A DNA stretch of 64,000 nt. It comes from a virus (Duplodnaviria; Caudoviricetes). Below the pieces are notes generated by a model, which searched no databases, had not been told where the DNA came from, and saw nothing but the letters and a program-made list of their open reading frames with translations. A program made the position numbers and the translations under genes. This document shows positions 49,651 through 60,146 of the stretch, piece by piece. The stretch covers positions 25,712 to 89,711 of the IMG/VR virus record IMGVR_UViG_3300020048_000076; one strand, written 5' to 3'. The stretch's first letter is position 1. Every line of letters starts with the position of its first letter.

Positions 49651-50102
49651 TTATATTTTTATTTCATCTATTTTATTTTCCACGCCGCTTAATAAAAATT
49701 CAGCAGCGGATATACATTTTTTTAATTCATCTAAATCTATGGTTATTCTATCGGAATCTTGAGCTAATTGAAAAAAATATCCGCCGCCCTCATCTTGTAA
49801 AGTTACAACGATACTACCTTCAGAATAGATAGGATGCGCATCTGCTTGATGGATTGATACTGATATAGGGGTGATATTTAAAGTCATATGTCTGGGTCTA
49901 CGTAAGGGGTAAATGAGTTATGCCATTTGGTTAACGGTCTGCACCAAGTAGTGAAATTGGCTGTGTTAATGTAAACAACAGTAGTAGGGTAATCAAAATG
50001 ACTATCTAAGTCATCATTAGCTATGAGTATAACTCGGTAACGGGTACCATTTTTATGAGTCCACATGCTGTTAACTCTTGGTGTTTGCAAACCATCTATC
50101 AT
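49651..50102 (-). CDS. two small genes (49651..49887 hypothetical; 49884..50102 DUF1653-like)
   Basis: W.HKNG..Y.V..IA...VVY...W.RP motif in the second. Confidence 0.55.
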
Positions 50103-50116
50103 TTGGTTTCCTTTTC

Positions 50117-50150
50117 AAAGTTAAAAGCTACCGGCTATTAACCGGTAGCT
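50117..50150 (-). terminator. intrinsic terminator after the SSB gene
   Basis: AGCTACCGG/CCGGTAGCT 9-bp perfect stem (50126-50150) followed on the minus strand by a T-rich tail. Confidence 0.6.
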
Positions 50151-50166
50151 AAATACTAACTAGCGA

Positions 50167-50724
50167 TTAAGCTAAATCATCGCCTTCATCTTCTTCAAAA
50201 CCAAGATCGTCAAAACCATCAACAGTAACCGGGGCGGCACCGCCAAAAGATTCACCATCTTTTACGTATTGAACACTGACTAAACCTGATCTAACTGTTT
50301 TGCCATACGTGTTATCTTGCGGGAAGAAATCAACAATGGCATTAACGTAGCAGCCAGAATACAATTTTCCAGAACCTTTACCCAATGGAGTTTTATCTCT
50401 GTCAATAACAGCTGGAGCACCATCAGAATCTTTTCTTGAAGTGACTAAAGCCCAGTTATCAGCATAGCCGTTGTAGTCTTTAAGATTGCCGTCAGTAAAG
50501 CAGATTTTACCTACCGCTTTGGCTTTATCTAAGATCGCTGGTGCTTTAGCGCCCCATTTTCCGTCCGCTGTTTCTTTGATAGCCGAATCTATTTGTTTTT
50601 TTACATCGCTATCTGAAGGAATTAACAACGTACAACGATATGAAAAAGGGCCTTGACCATCAAATTGAACTGCTTCAAATAGATCAGGGAATGACAGACG
50701 GGCGTTTCTAATTACTATGCGCAT
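50167..50724 (-). CDS. DUF2815 family ssDNA-binding protein
   Basis: RLSFPDLF...YSGCYVNA...L..VQ..KDGE.FGG and acidic tail. Confidence 0.85.
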   Translation of the reverse strand: MRIVIRNARLSFPDLFEAVQFDGQGPFSYRCTLLIPSDSDVKKQIDSAIKETADGKWGAKAPAILDKAKAVGKICFTDGNLKDYNGYADNWALVTSRKDSDGAPAVIDRDKTPLGKGSGKLYSGCYVNAIVDFFPQDNTYGKTVRSGLVSVQYVKDGESFGGAAPVTVDGFDDLGFEEDEGDDLA

Positions 50725-50773
50725 TTTATTTACCTTGTAGTATGGTTATATGATTGTATGGTTAATTATTTAA

Positions 50774-51652
50774 CTAAGCTAAATCTTCTAGTTTATATTC
50801 CAATACCTCACCGGGTAAAGCAACTAATCCTAAATGATGTTCGATAGTTAAAATTGGCAACGCGGCTAATGCTTCTCCATAAGGGTCAAGGCTTTCACCT
50901 TTCGCGTTCATGGGCGCTACTTTTACTTTTCCTTCACTACGGCTTATTAAGGGCTGTAGCTTTGACCATAGCTTTGGTCTTTTCTTTAGCAGTTTTTCTG
51001 CACTGGTAGGGCTAATAATTTTCTTGTCATACATTTCATCGACTTTTAGCTTCATTGCTTTCATAGCTTGTTCAACTTCGTCTGCATCTTGCCAAGCGCG
51101 ATTACCTTGTTGACCTTTAATTAATTTCCACTTCCCAGATTTATGTCCTGCTAACATCTCCGATAGCATACGTGATTCTACTGCATCAATCCAGTCATTA
51201 AACAAACCTTTTACTGCGTACATTCTAGCCAACGTTTTAAAATTAACATTGGGTAAATTAGCAATAGCTTGCTTAATGGGCAAGATCAATTCACTACCGT
51301 CACCATCGCTTTCTGTAATAGCATCCAAATTATCTAACCCGTCTGTTGTAACAGGGGCTAAAACTTGCTCTACTAATTCTCTGGCTAAAGCAGGGCATTT
51401 ATTTTTTGCTTTGCACCATTGGCAACCTTTTTCACTGGGTTTTAAATAATCTTTTTCCCATTGAGCTTCATCATAAACAGGATTACTATTTAATCTTGCT
51501 TGTTCACATTTAGCAATGGCCGTTTTAGCATCTTCAGCAAACCGGAATAACCATGTCATATCACATGTCCATTCCGGATCAGTCGGCTCACTTCTCAACC
51601 GTGGTTGGAAGATAGACATCCTGATCGTTTTTACTTTACTCAAATCTAGCAT
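50774..51652 (-). CDS. DUF2800 (Cas4-like PD-(D/E)XK) nuclease, C-terminal half
   Basis: MSIFQPR, CQWCKAKNKC, GKWKLI.G...R.W, ISPTSAEK motifs; own GAGGA RBS. Confidence 0.8.
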   Translation of the reverse strand: MLDLSKVKTIRMSIFQPRLRSEPTDPEWTCDMTWLFRFAEDAKTAIAKCEQARLNSNPVYDEAQWEKDYLKPSEKGCQWCKAKNKCPALARELVEQVLAPVTTDGLDNLDAITESDGDGSELILPIKQAIANLPNVNFKTLARMYAVKGLFNDWIDAVESRMLSEMLAGHKSGKWKLIKGQQGNRAWQDADEVEQAMKAMKLKVDEMYDKKIISPTSAEKLLKKRPKLWSKLQPLISRSEGKVKVAPMNAKGESLDPYGEALAALPILTIEHHLGLVALPGEVLEYKLEDLA

Positions 51653-52284
51653 AAGTCCTCCAAACTGAGTTCAGTTTCATACACATCTGCTTTTTTAAAA
51701 TAATGATCATCTAAAGCACCTAATGCGTAACACATCATTTGCTTGTTTTCTTTAGCTGATACTTCTTTAAACCCGTATTTTAAATCAATAATGGTTAATT
51801 CAGTACCGTCTTCAGATAACACAATAACGTCACCGGTTCCGAATGCGCCTGGCATTCCAATGAAGTTACCAAAATGAACACGTTGCTCTACAAGCAGCGT
51901 ACCTTTACCTTGTATTTCTTTTACGTAGTCAACAAAACTGGTTATGTAATTAACCATTTCTGTATCAACTTTCCAGATACTTCGTTGTACGGCACCTTCC
52001 GGTAAAGCTTCTGCTGACCAACATTGACCATCACGATCACCTTTCTTTTCCCAACAGACAATACCAAAATGATGATAGCTTTCAGGTGTTCTGTCTTTGG
52101 ATAAGCATTCAGAGGCTAAAAAATGAGCAGCACTACCTTCATCTGCATAAGGACTATAAGTATCTTCAATACCTTCTTCCATTACGTTTTTACCTGAGCA
52201 CGTCATCCATCCGTCAGCACCGGAGGCACTGTACCGGTGATGTTGTTCTAGGCTTTCTGTAAGATCAGTCATTTTCTGTCCCAA
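51646..52284 (-). CDS. DUF2800 nuclease, N-terminal catalytic half
   Basis: HH.YSAS...WMTC, EGSAAH, EQRV, FGTGD, IIDLKYG, CYALGAL motifs. Confidence 0.8.
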   Translation of the reverse strand: MGQKMTDLTESLEQHHRYSASGADGWMTCSGKNVMEEGIEDTYSPYADEGSAAHFLASECLSKDRTPESYHHFGIVCWEKKGDRDGQCWSAEALPEGAVQRSIWKVDTEMVNYITSFVDYVKEIQGKGTLLVEQRVHFGNFIGMPGAFGTGDVIVLSEDGTELTIIDLKYGFKEVSAKENKQMMCYALGALDDHYFKKADVYETELSLEDLC

Positions 52285-52289
52285 TTGGT

Positions 52290-52799
52290 TTAAGCTAATT
52301 GATCGTCTTGCTCTTTTTCAATTGCGTCAATCGCTTGTTGAGACTGTTCTACTAAACTATCCCATAAAGTTGGATCGATTTCACGGCCACCTTTAGGGCT
52401 TTTGAAAACACCTTTAATTAATTTAATCAAAGCATCTTTGTCCATTTGACCTAATTTAGAGGTAACGGGCAATACATGTTTTTCATAAAACTTTTCGTTA
52501 CGAACACCTGCTGGCAAAGTAAATACTTTGCTTTCAACAACTTCTTCTAATTCTTCTAATTCTTCTTCAACAACTTCTACTGGCGCTGCTTTCTTTTCAA
52601 CTTTAGCCGCTACTGGCGCTGCTTTCTTTTCAACAACAGGCGCTGCTTTCTTTTCAACAACGGCAACCGCTTCTACAGCAGCTTCTGTTGCAATAGGTGC
52701 AATCGATGCAGAATTTAATTTAGCTGCTAATAAAAGAACGGCTGCGGAATTAGATTCAATTGCTTTTGTTAAGGCTTGTAAATCATTTTCTATTGACAT
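52290..52799 (-). CDS. APSE-like conserved replication-module protein with VEKKAAPV x3 repeat
   Basis: MSIE..LQALT.AI N-terminus; repeats at 52578-52658. Confidence 0.65.
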   Translation of the reverse strand: MSIENDLQALTKAIESNSAAVLLLAAKLNSASIAPIATEAAVEAVAVVEKKAAPVVEKKAAPVAAKVEKKAAPVEVVEEELEELEEVVESKVFTLPAGVRNEKFYEKHVLPVTSKLGQMDKDALIKLIKGVFKSPKGGREIDPTLWDSLVEQSQQAIDAIEKEQDDQLA

Positions 52800-52855
52800 A
52801 TGTTATCTCGTGTTAAGTTGTTTAAAGTGGTTTGCCAAAAGGATTTGGTGAGATA

Positions 52856-52937
52856 AGGTTAAGCTTGTTTAACTGATGTGTCAAGTGCTTTATTTTTATT
52901 TCTTTTTTTATTTATGTTGTGTTAGCATGTGACACAT
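52856..52937. promoter_or_regulatory. divergent control region of the replication arms
   Basis: Leftward TTGACA(52879-84)-17 nt-TAACCT(52856-61); rightward GTGACA at 52929-34; TGACACAT present in inverted orientation twice. Confidence 0.65.
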
Positions 52938-52975
52938 TATTAACATATCAAATTTTAATATAGGTACCTTTTTAT

Positions 52976-53278
52976 ATGGGCTATTACAAAAATCCACAAA
53001 ATAAAGCACTGTCGGCATGGATTAAACAAGCGTCACAGCCTGTTTTAGATGCTTTTATTACACTTGCTGAAACATCTCCGGCTACTTATCGCCAATGGGT
53101 AACAGGTAGGCGTAAATTATCGCCGGAGAAAGCCGCTATAGTAGAATCAGCTATGATTGATTTAGCTAATTTTTATCCTGAAGCTCCTTTTGCTTTAACT
53201 CGTGGGGATTTATGCGCGGTTTGCAAACAATGCCCCCACTTCATTAAAAGCACTGAAAAAGAATCGCTTGTCGAATAA
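52976..53278 (+). CDS. Cro-like HTH regulator
   Basis: TSPATYRQWVTGRRKLSPEKA HTH-like segment; C-terminal CxxCxxC. Confidence 0.6.
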   Translation: MGYYKNPQNKALSAWIKQASQPVLDAFITLAETSPATYRQWVTGRRKLSPEKAAIVESAMIDLANFYPEAPFALTRGDLCAVCKQCPHFIKSTEKESLVE

Positions 53279-53346
53279 CAATCGTCGCACTGCCTCCGTC
53301 TCCTTGAGTTCAAGGTCGATAATTATACTTTAAAAAGGCGTATTGT

Positions 53347-55830
53347 ATGGAAGGGAAACAAAGCCCACCTCTGTTGGGTTCAGAGATAACATTTCTCAAA
53401 AATGTTAGAAATCCTAAGAATTTTAAAACGGTTACATTAAAAGAAGCGCTTCAAGCGATTAAAAATGAAACCTATGCCCAGTTAGTAGCTCCACTAGAAA
53501 TGATGCTATTGATGGGTGATGACGAAGGTTATAAACAAGGTAAGAGTGAACTACCTTCGTATTGTTATAACGGTACATTTATCGATAAGTTAGCCAATGT
53601 TAATTTTGTTCAATCCAGTGGCTTAGTGCTGATTGATATTGACGGTTTGGGCATAGACGATTTAGTTGAGGCCAATGGTATATTGACTAATGACTCACAT
53701 GTTGTCTTTACCCATAAATCAGTATCCGGTTGCGGTATTAAAGCGGCTATCCGCGTTAACCCTTTTATTATTAAAGACGATGCGTCTTTTAAAAATGCCT
53801 TTAATCAGATAGAACATTATTTATTAAATAAAGGTCTGGAGATTGATACTTCGGGTAAAGATATCAGACGGGTGTCTTTTATAGGTTCCGATAAAAATTT
53901 ATATTTTAATAAGAACGCTAGTGTTTTTCCTATCGAAGCTTCTTTTAGTAAGCCTATTGCTAAAACTATTACTAATCCTATTACTAAAGACGTATCAGTT
54001 ATAGAAATAGACGGCCTTAATTTTAAAGAGGATGAATCATCAGATGCCTATTCCCCTATTACTTTAGAAGACGGAAACATCCCGTTACACAACATCACGT
54101 TAGAAAACGCAGCAACTTATTTACCGACTGAATATGATCTTAGTTATTCACAATGGTTACAAGTCGGTGCGGCGCTGCATCACCAATTTGAGGGTAGCGA
54201 TGAAGGTTTGGTTTTATTTGATACCTGGTCACAAAACATTCAAGGGTATAAAGATTTTGATGATTGTGAATCAAAATGGCGATCCTTTGGAAAACGCTCC
54301 GGCGGATCGATTATTACTTTCCGCAGTCTTATTGCCCAATACAATAAAAAGCATGAAAAGTTAGCCGCTGCCAGCGATGTAGATGCGTCAATCAAAGCGA
54401 CAAAGCTATTATCAGATTGTGATGATTATCGCCAATTGAGTAACGTTGCTCCTAAACTCTGGAAGCTGGCTAATAAAAATGTCACCTTGGAAATGGATTT
54501 CCTAGAAGCTTTAAGAAGTAAGTATTCAGATTTAAATAACGGTAAAGTGATGTCCAGAGCGGATGCGCTTCGGGCTCTTAAAATGAAGCCGGCTAAGACG
54601 ATTGCCGAAGCAACCGATATCACCGTTAGATTATCACAAACTGAGGATGGTAAATATCCAGCTACTATTGATAATGTTTATGCTGCGGTATCAAGTCCTC
54701 AATTTTGTGGTATTAAAATAGGTTTCGATGCTTTCACTGATTCGTTAATGATCCGTCAAGGCGATAGTGGTTGGTCGCAATTTAGCGATGTTCATTACAC
54801 CAATTTAAAATTAGTTTTAGCCGGTAAAGATTTTCTTGATGTGAGTACAGAACGCATACGGGAAATCGTTTATAAGGTTGCCCACGATAATGAGTTTGAT
54901 TCTGCTCAAGATTGGTTAGGCGGATTAACTTGGGATGGCATACCTCGTGTTTCCGTATTTATGAAGGATTATTTAGGTGTTGACGATTCGCCTTATGCTA
55001 CTGCGGTATCTAATTACATGTGGTCTGCCATGGCAGGTCGTATCCTTCAACCAGGTTGTAAAGCGGATATGGTGCCGGTTATGAAAGGCGGACAGGGAAC
55101 CTTCAAATCAACGGCTGTTAAAGCGTTAGTTCCGGATGAGATACTTTATACGGACTTTTCTTTTACCGAGCATGAAGACAGTATAGCGCGTAAGTTTAGA
55201 GGTGTTATCGTTGCTGAAATCGGGGAGTTGAAAGGTTTAAATTCTAAAGACGAAGAGCATATTAAAGCGTTCATTGTAAAAACGCATGAGAAATGGACTC
55301 CAAAATACAAAGAATACACAACAACATACCCTAGACGGGTGATTATGTTTGGTACTACCAACCAAGAACAGTTTCTCTACGATCCTACTGGAAATAGACG
55401 CTGGTTGCCGTTCGAGGCTGGTAACATCAATACTCTTAATATTATACGAGATCGCAATCAACTCTGGGCAGAGGGTGCATCTATATACCGTGAGCAAGGT
55501 ATACTATTTAGTGTAGCTGAAAAATTAGCAAAGTGTGAACATGCTAAATATGAATTAGTAGATGACTGGGCAGAAGCGATTGGTTTATGGCTAGAAGGTG
55601 CGGCAAACCTTGAGGATATCGATTTAGGTGCTGGCATTTCAACATTAGAAATATTAGCTGGCGCATTACATATCGAAGCCCGATTTGCCGGACAGCAAAA
55701 CAAACGCCGTGTGGGATCAGTTATGAAAACACTCGGTTATGTAAATTTACAATGTTACCGAGCTAAAACTAAAGGTTGGTTTTGGCATTTAGAAAAACAG
55801 AAAGAACTTACCGTAGAGGACTTAGCATAG
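53347..55830 (+). CDS. primase-helicase: BT4734/VirE-N + PriCT-2 + VapE ATPase
   Basis: LIDID, SVSG.GIK, DIRRVSF; WLQVGAALH...FD.WS; GGQGTFKST, EIGEL, GTTN, GNRRW. Confidence 0.88.
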   Translation: MEGKQSPPLLGSEITFLKNVRNPKNFKTVTLKEALQAIKNETYAQLVAPLEMMLLMGDDEGYKQGKSELPSYCYNGTFIDKLANVNFVQSSGLVLIDIDGLGIDDLVEANGILTNDSHVVFTHKSVSGCGIKAAIRVNPFIIKDDASFKNAFNQIEHYLLNKGLEIDTSGKDIRRVSFIGSDKNLYFNKNASVFPIEASFSKPIAKTITNPITKDVSVIEIDGLNFKEDESSDAYSPITLEDGNIPLHNITLENAATYLPTEYDLSYSQWLQVGAALHHQFEGSDEGLVLFDTWSQNIQGYKDFDDCESKWRSFGKRSGGSIITFRSLIAQYNKKHEKLAAASDVDASIKATKLLSDCDDYRQLSNVAPKLWKLANKNVTLEMDFLEALRSKYSDLNNGKVMSRADALRALKMKPAKTIAEATDITVRLSQTEDGKYPATIDNVYAAVSSPQFCGIKIGFDAFTDSLMIRQGDSGWSQFSDVHYTNLKLVLAGKDFLDVSTERIREIVYKVAHDNEFDSAQDWLGGLTWDGIPRVSVFMKDYLGVDDSPYATAVSNYMWSAMAGRILQPGCKADMVPVMKGGQGTFKSTAVKALVPDEILYTDFSFTEHEDSIARKFRGVIVAEIGELKGLNSKDEEHIKAFIVKTHEKWTPKYKEYTTTYPRRVIMFGTTNQEQFLYDPTGNRRWLPFEAGNINTLNIIRDRNQLWAEGASIYREQGILFSVAEKLAKCEHAKYELVDDWAEAIGLWLEGAANLEDIDLGAGISTLEILAGALHIEARFAGQQNKRRVGSVMKTLGYVNLQCYRAKTKGWFWHLEKQKELTVEDLA

Positions 55831-55895
55831 AACTAAGCAGCAGCCCCGACTCCAACCTTTAAAAGGAATTTTTGTTAAGGATGACTAAGGCCATG

Positions 55896-56015
55896 CCAAC
55901 GAGCTTGAATTTGTACTATTGCTTACCCTACCTATGCTGCATAGAAATTATCAATAGGTGGGGATGAGTTACACGCAGGGGCTAATATTTTGCGCTAAAT
56001 AGTACGTTGGTTTTT
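55896..56015 (+). ncRNA. candidate structured RNA/attenuator
   Basis: CCAAC+GTACTATT pair with AATAGTAC+GTTGG, followed by T5; internal ~15-bp stem 55921-35/55954-69 with G-U pairs on the + strand. Confidence 0.5.
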
Positions 56016-56036
56016 ATTAACTCAAAAAGGAAAACT

Positions 56037-59016
56037 ATGAATGAACCTAAAAAACTTAAACCCCTACATATGGATATGGCTAGATGTATCGGTGAGGATT
56101 GTTTTGTAAGAGAAACCTGTAGGCGGTATTTAACAATCGATTTAGACACTGAAAAAGGCAGATACACCTATTCATTTTTCAACCCTGAAACATGTAATTC
56201 AAAAATAGAGGTTAGCGATGAGCAACTATAACGACGAAATAAAAGAACTTAAAGACCGTATTGAATACTACAAAGAATCTATACTTGAACTGGAAGAAAC
56301 CATAAAAGATATAGAAGCCTCAGATGTGTGGGAACCGGAAGGCGGCGGTTTTTATATTAATTGTGGCGGTGAAACATATGAGTGCGCTAGTGATACTCAT
56401 ACAAGAGAGTTTGGAGCGGAGCGGCGATCTATAGAACAAGCAGAGCAAGCCAGTATTGCAATGCGACGGTTTAACCGACTCTTAGCCTACAAAGATGAGT
56501 TTGCACCTGACTACGTATTTAATCGGGCTTTTAACAACTGTTATGTGTATTTTGATTATGATAATACCTATAGGGTTTCTAACACTTCATGTTATTGCGA
56601 ACCTACTACGGTCTATTTACCGGAAGAAGCGGCTAAAGAACTGTGTAAAAAATTAAACTCAGGTAAGGTGGTTTTATGAGTCGTGAGAGAGCCCTGTTAG
56701 AAAGATGGGTAATGCAAAACAATTTTGCAGAATACTACGCATTGAGAGAAGAAACATTAACATTCCTAGCTCAACCAAAGGAACAGCTTGAGGAAGATAA
56801 AAAATCGAAGGTTGATTTTCAAACACTCAGTGAAATGGGATTAAAACGACTACAAGTATCTAATGATTTAGTGCTACAAGAAAGCTGTGCTAAATCACCT
56901 ACAGCTCTTCTTGCTGAAAATGGAAATCTGATCGAAATTATAGAGTATAAAAAACTTTTTGAAATTAGAAACTTTATTGATGAAATTTTAAATTACGCAG
57001 ATACACCTCAAATAGGAGGTGAGGATGAATAAAGCGAGAGAGTTGCTGGAAAAAATAAGTAGAAACATGAAGTACCTTCATTATGATGAGTGTAATAAAG
57101 ACCTGAGAGATGAAATAAAAGAACTACTCGCACAACCTGAGCATAAAGAAGATCCTGTGGCTTGGATGCACATAGATGGGGATAGTTGCTGCACGAACAA
57201 TACAAAATTATATGGCGGAGTTGACAAAGGGTATTCAATACCACTTTATATGTCACCTCCAGTTAGAGATCCTTTGAGTGATGTTGAAGTGCTAAAAATA
57301 GCAATTAAAATAGCTGGAGATATAGGCATAGAGCATGACCCAACAGATTTTGAAGGTACAGGTGTATTTGAACTGGCAAGGGCTGTTGAAAAAGCACACG
57401 GTATAACTGGAGGTGAAGAGTGAGTATTGTTGAATGGTTTGCTACGGTTACTTCCGTAGGATTAGCGTGGGCAGTCCTCAGCTTTCCATACTTAATTGAA
57501 AAGTTATTAAAAACTATTAGGAGAAATCGATGAGTAAGCCATTAGCTTGGATTAATGCAATAACGGGTGACGTTACCACAGTAGATTGCAGCGACACCTT
57601 ATTGTGGGCGCCTCTTTACATAGCACCGCTTAAAGATGTAAACGTAGATTTACTGGAAGCACTGCAAGATTTAATGGCCGATCTTAAACTTAGAGCATCT
57701 CTTACAGATGAACCTAATGTTTTAGATGTTAGCCATGGTCGTTACATTAAAGCTGAAAAAGCTATAGCTAAAGCACTTGGAGAGAGTTATGAGTAAAGAA
57801 CCTGTCGCTTGGCGAACGTATCGAGTTGTTACAGATGATTGGAAATATTCCGATTTTCCTTATAAATTAGATTTAACATGCCAACCACTTTATACGAGAA
57901 AAAAACCCTTAAGCGATCAGGAAATTTTAGAGACTGCTTTGGCAGTCGCTATTAAACTGGGAGTAAAAGATATAAGCATTAATGAATTAAAAAAAGCTGG
58001 TGTGTTTGAATTGGCGCGGGCTATTGAAGATGCACATGGGATAGGAGAATAAAATGAACGCTGAAAAACTAAAAGAAACAAGAATGAAGATTGCAACTAA
58101 CTTACTACAAGGATTAGCTGCAATAGAAGGGGCTACAAGTGGTGATCGCGTAATCAATAACGTAATATGGGCATACAAAGTTGCAGACGAAGTTCTTAAA
58201 CAAGGGGGTTATGACGAAGCTAAAACTAAAAATGAAGAATTACGTAAGTTAGAACAACGTGTTGCTGAATCAGAATTTAAAGCTCGATTAGCAAGAGGCA
58301 ATAAAGACAGCTTACATGTTGGAATTGTAGGAACTAAAGAGCTTGATTACTCTAGTCTTTCTCAAGGCGAACAACAAAGAATAGTAGAAATAAGAAAAAC
58401 TTATGGTATTAGAGATGAGGAATAAAACAATGACAACTAAGACTGAAAAATACGCATTAGATGCAGCTGTAGAAGTAGCAAAACTTTTTAATACGGGTTA
58501 TATGAACCTTGAAACAGTAGAGGTTATTGCAGATAGAATAAATGATCAGATGTTGTTATTGGTAAACGATTTAACTGAGTTTATGATGGCCGAACATAAC
58601 GTTAAAGCACTTAAACTATTTGAAGACCAATCTGAACTTTATGCAAAGCAATTTGAAACTGACGTAAATAAACTAAGAGATCAGATAGCTATAACGGCTA
58701 TGAACGGTCTGTTAATAGGTGAACCTGATTTCCATACTGATTTGGGTAATGAAGCTGCTACGGCAGAAAATGCTTATGTTCTTGCCAATGCAATGTTAGA
58801 AGAACGGAAGAAACATTTATGAGTACAATCTATGTGGTGATGTGTCGTGAAGAAGACGATCTTTTAGATGGGTTTGCTGCGTATGCAATGATGGGGTTTT
58901 TGTCGGCAGATTATGTATTTGATATTGGCCAAGATGATTTAGCTGATTCAGCTTATAATCAAGCCGGTGCTATGCTGAGAGCAAGGCACCGGTATTTGAA
59001 TAGTAAAAAAGATTAA
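56037..59016 (+). CDS. array of ~10 small early-type genes (56037..56231, 56218..56679, 56676..57032, 57025..57423, 57420..57533, 57530..57796, 57789..58052, 58054..58425, 58430..58822, 58819..59016)
   Basis: ATGA/GTGA overlaps and GAGG RBSs; shared PVAW...PLY, LARA.E.AHGI and (F/I)A..A(M/L).G...AY..A..ML modules. Confidence 0.7.
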
Positions 59017-59537
59017 TATAATAGATGTTGCTGTTGGTTTTTCTTAACAGCAACAGCGTATAGCTCATCCTGACGCTGTTTACTTTTCTCATTGACGGTA
59101 ACGCCTTGTAAAGAAGTAGTAGCGGTACCACCGTCTTCTATGCAAGGTCTGCCTACCCTTTTAAACGCTGCGCGGACATCATCGTTTCCACACATTATTT
59201 CTTTTGCAACTTGGGCATCACCCATGTTTCTAATTTCTCTAGCGTTCAATCGTCTGATACAGTCCGGGTCTTCCCAAGTTGTACCAAGGGCAATACTACC
59301 GCCGGAAAACCCTGCGCCCATACTCGTACTACCTAAACATACGTCATTAAACGATGAGGATAAGCCTGGCGCCACGGCCATACCTACTGCTCTACTCGGA
59401 TCAGAACCTACCGCAGTGGATAGGTTTCTAGCATCGACATTTGTATTAGCAGTCACCGGGATATTAGTTGACTGTGTTGCATCAGCAAACGCTAAACAGG
59501 GTACCAATAGGAAAGGTAAAAACTTAATCATGGTCAT
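59013..59537 (-). CDS. exported Cys-containing protein
   Basis: Signal peptide (KFLPFLLVPCLAFA); C...C...C...C pattern (DVCLG, DPDCIR, IMCG, RPCI). Confidence 0.7.
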   Translation of the reverse strand: MTMIKFLPFLLVPCLAFADATQSTNIPVTANTNVDARNLSTAVGSDPSRAVGMAVAPGLSSSFNDVCLGSTSMGAGFSGGSIALGTTWEDPDCIRRLNAREIRNMGDAQVAKEIMCGNDDVRAAFKRVGRPCIEDGGTATTSLQGVTVNEKSKQRQDELYAVAVKKNQQQHLLY

Positions 59538-59955
59538 GGTGCGGTGTAATAGTTGAAGTTACCAAGGGATAATCTGTCAAAGTAGTTATGACTGTACCGG
59601 ATGAAACAGCGGATACACCTTGTGTAACGCCATGGATATCAACAATGTTCCAAGTCGGTGTAGCATAACCTGTACCGGTTGCTGTAGAAGCAGCCGTACC
59701 GGTAATTGAATTGGCTATAGTGGGTACAGAATTAACAACAGAAAGCGTTGACGCTCCGGTTAATGATGCGGTTGATGTTTGGCTTTCAACTTGGCCGATA
59801 CTAGCTGATACATTAGTTCCAACCATTACAGTACCGTTCATTACGGAAGTAATGTTAGCAATCGGTGTTGGTGGTGTAGCGAAAGCAGCAAGGGCAACTA
59901 CATTAAGAAGTATAAATGACGCGGGTATTGTTAATTTTTTCATTTTGTTTCTCAC
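59524..59955 (-). CDS. exported Thr/Ser-rich beta protein
   Basis: Signal peptide MKKLTIPASFILLNVVALAAFA. Confidence 0.7.
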   Translation of the reverse strand: MRNKMKKLTIPASFILLNVVALAAFATPPTPIANITSVMNGTVMVGTNVSASIGQVESQTSTASLTGASTLSVVNSVPTIANSITGTAASTATGTGYATPTWNIVDIHGVTQGVSAVSSGTVITTLTDYPLVTSTITPHHDHD

Positions 59956-60146
59956 AATTAAAGTTAAGGTTACTGATAGCCGGTTGGCTCACATCTAATT
60001 CTAGTTGAAACTTTTTTAATATTATCTTGAATATCGTTAGATAGATTTTTCCCTAACCTTAAACATACTTGATCATCTGCTAAATCAGGTACGACTATGG
60101 AATACATAGTCGTGTTTAGAAACACTATTAATATTAGGGTGTACAT

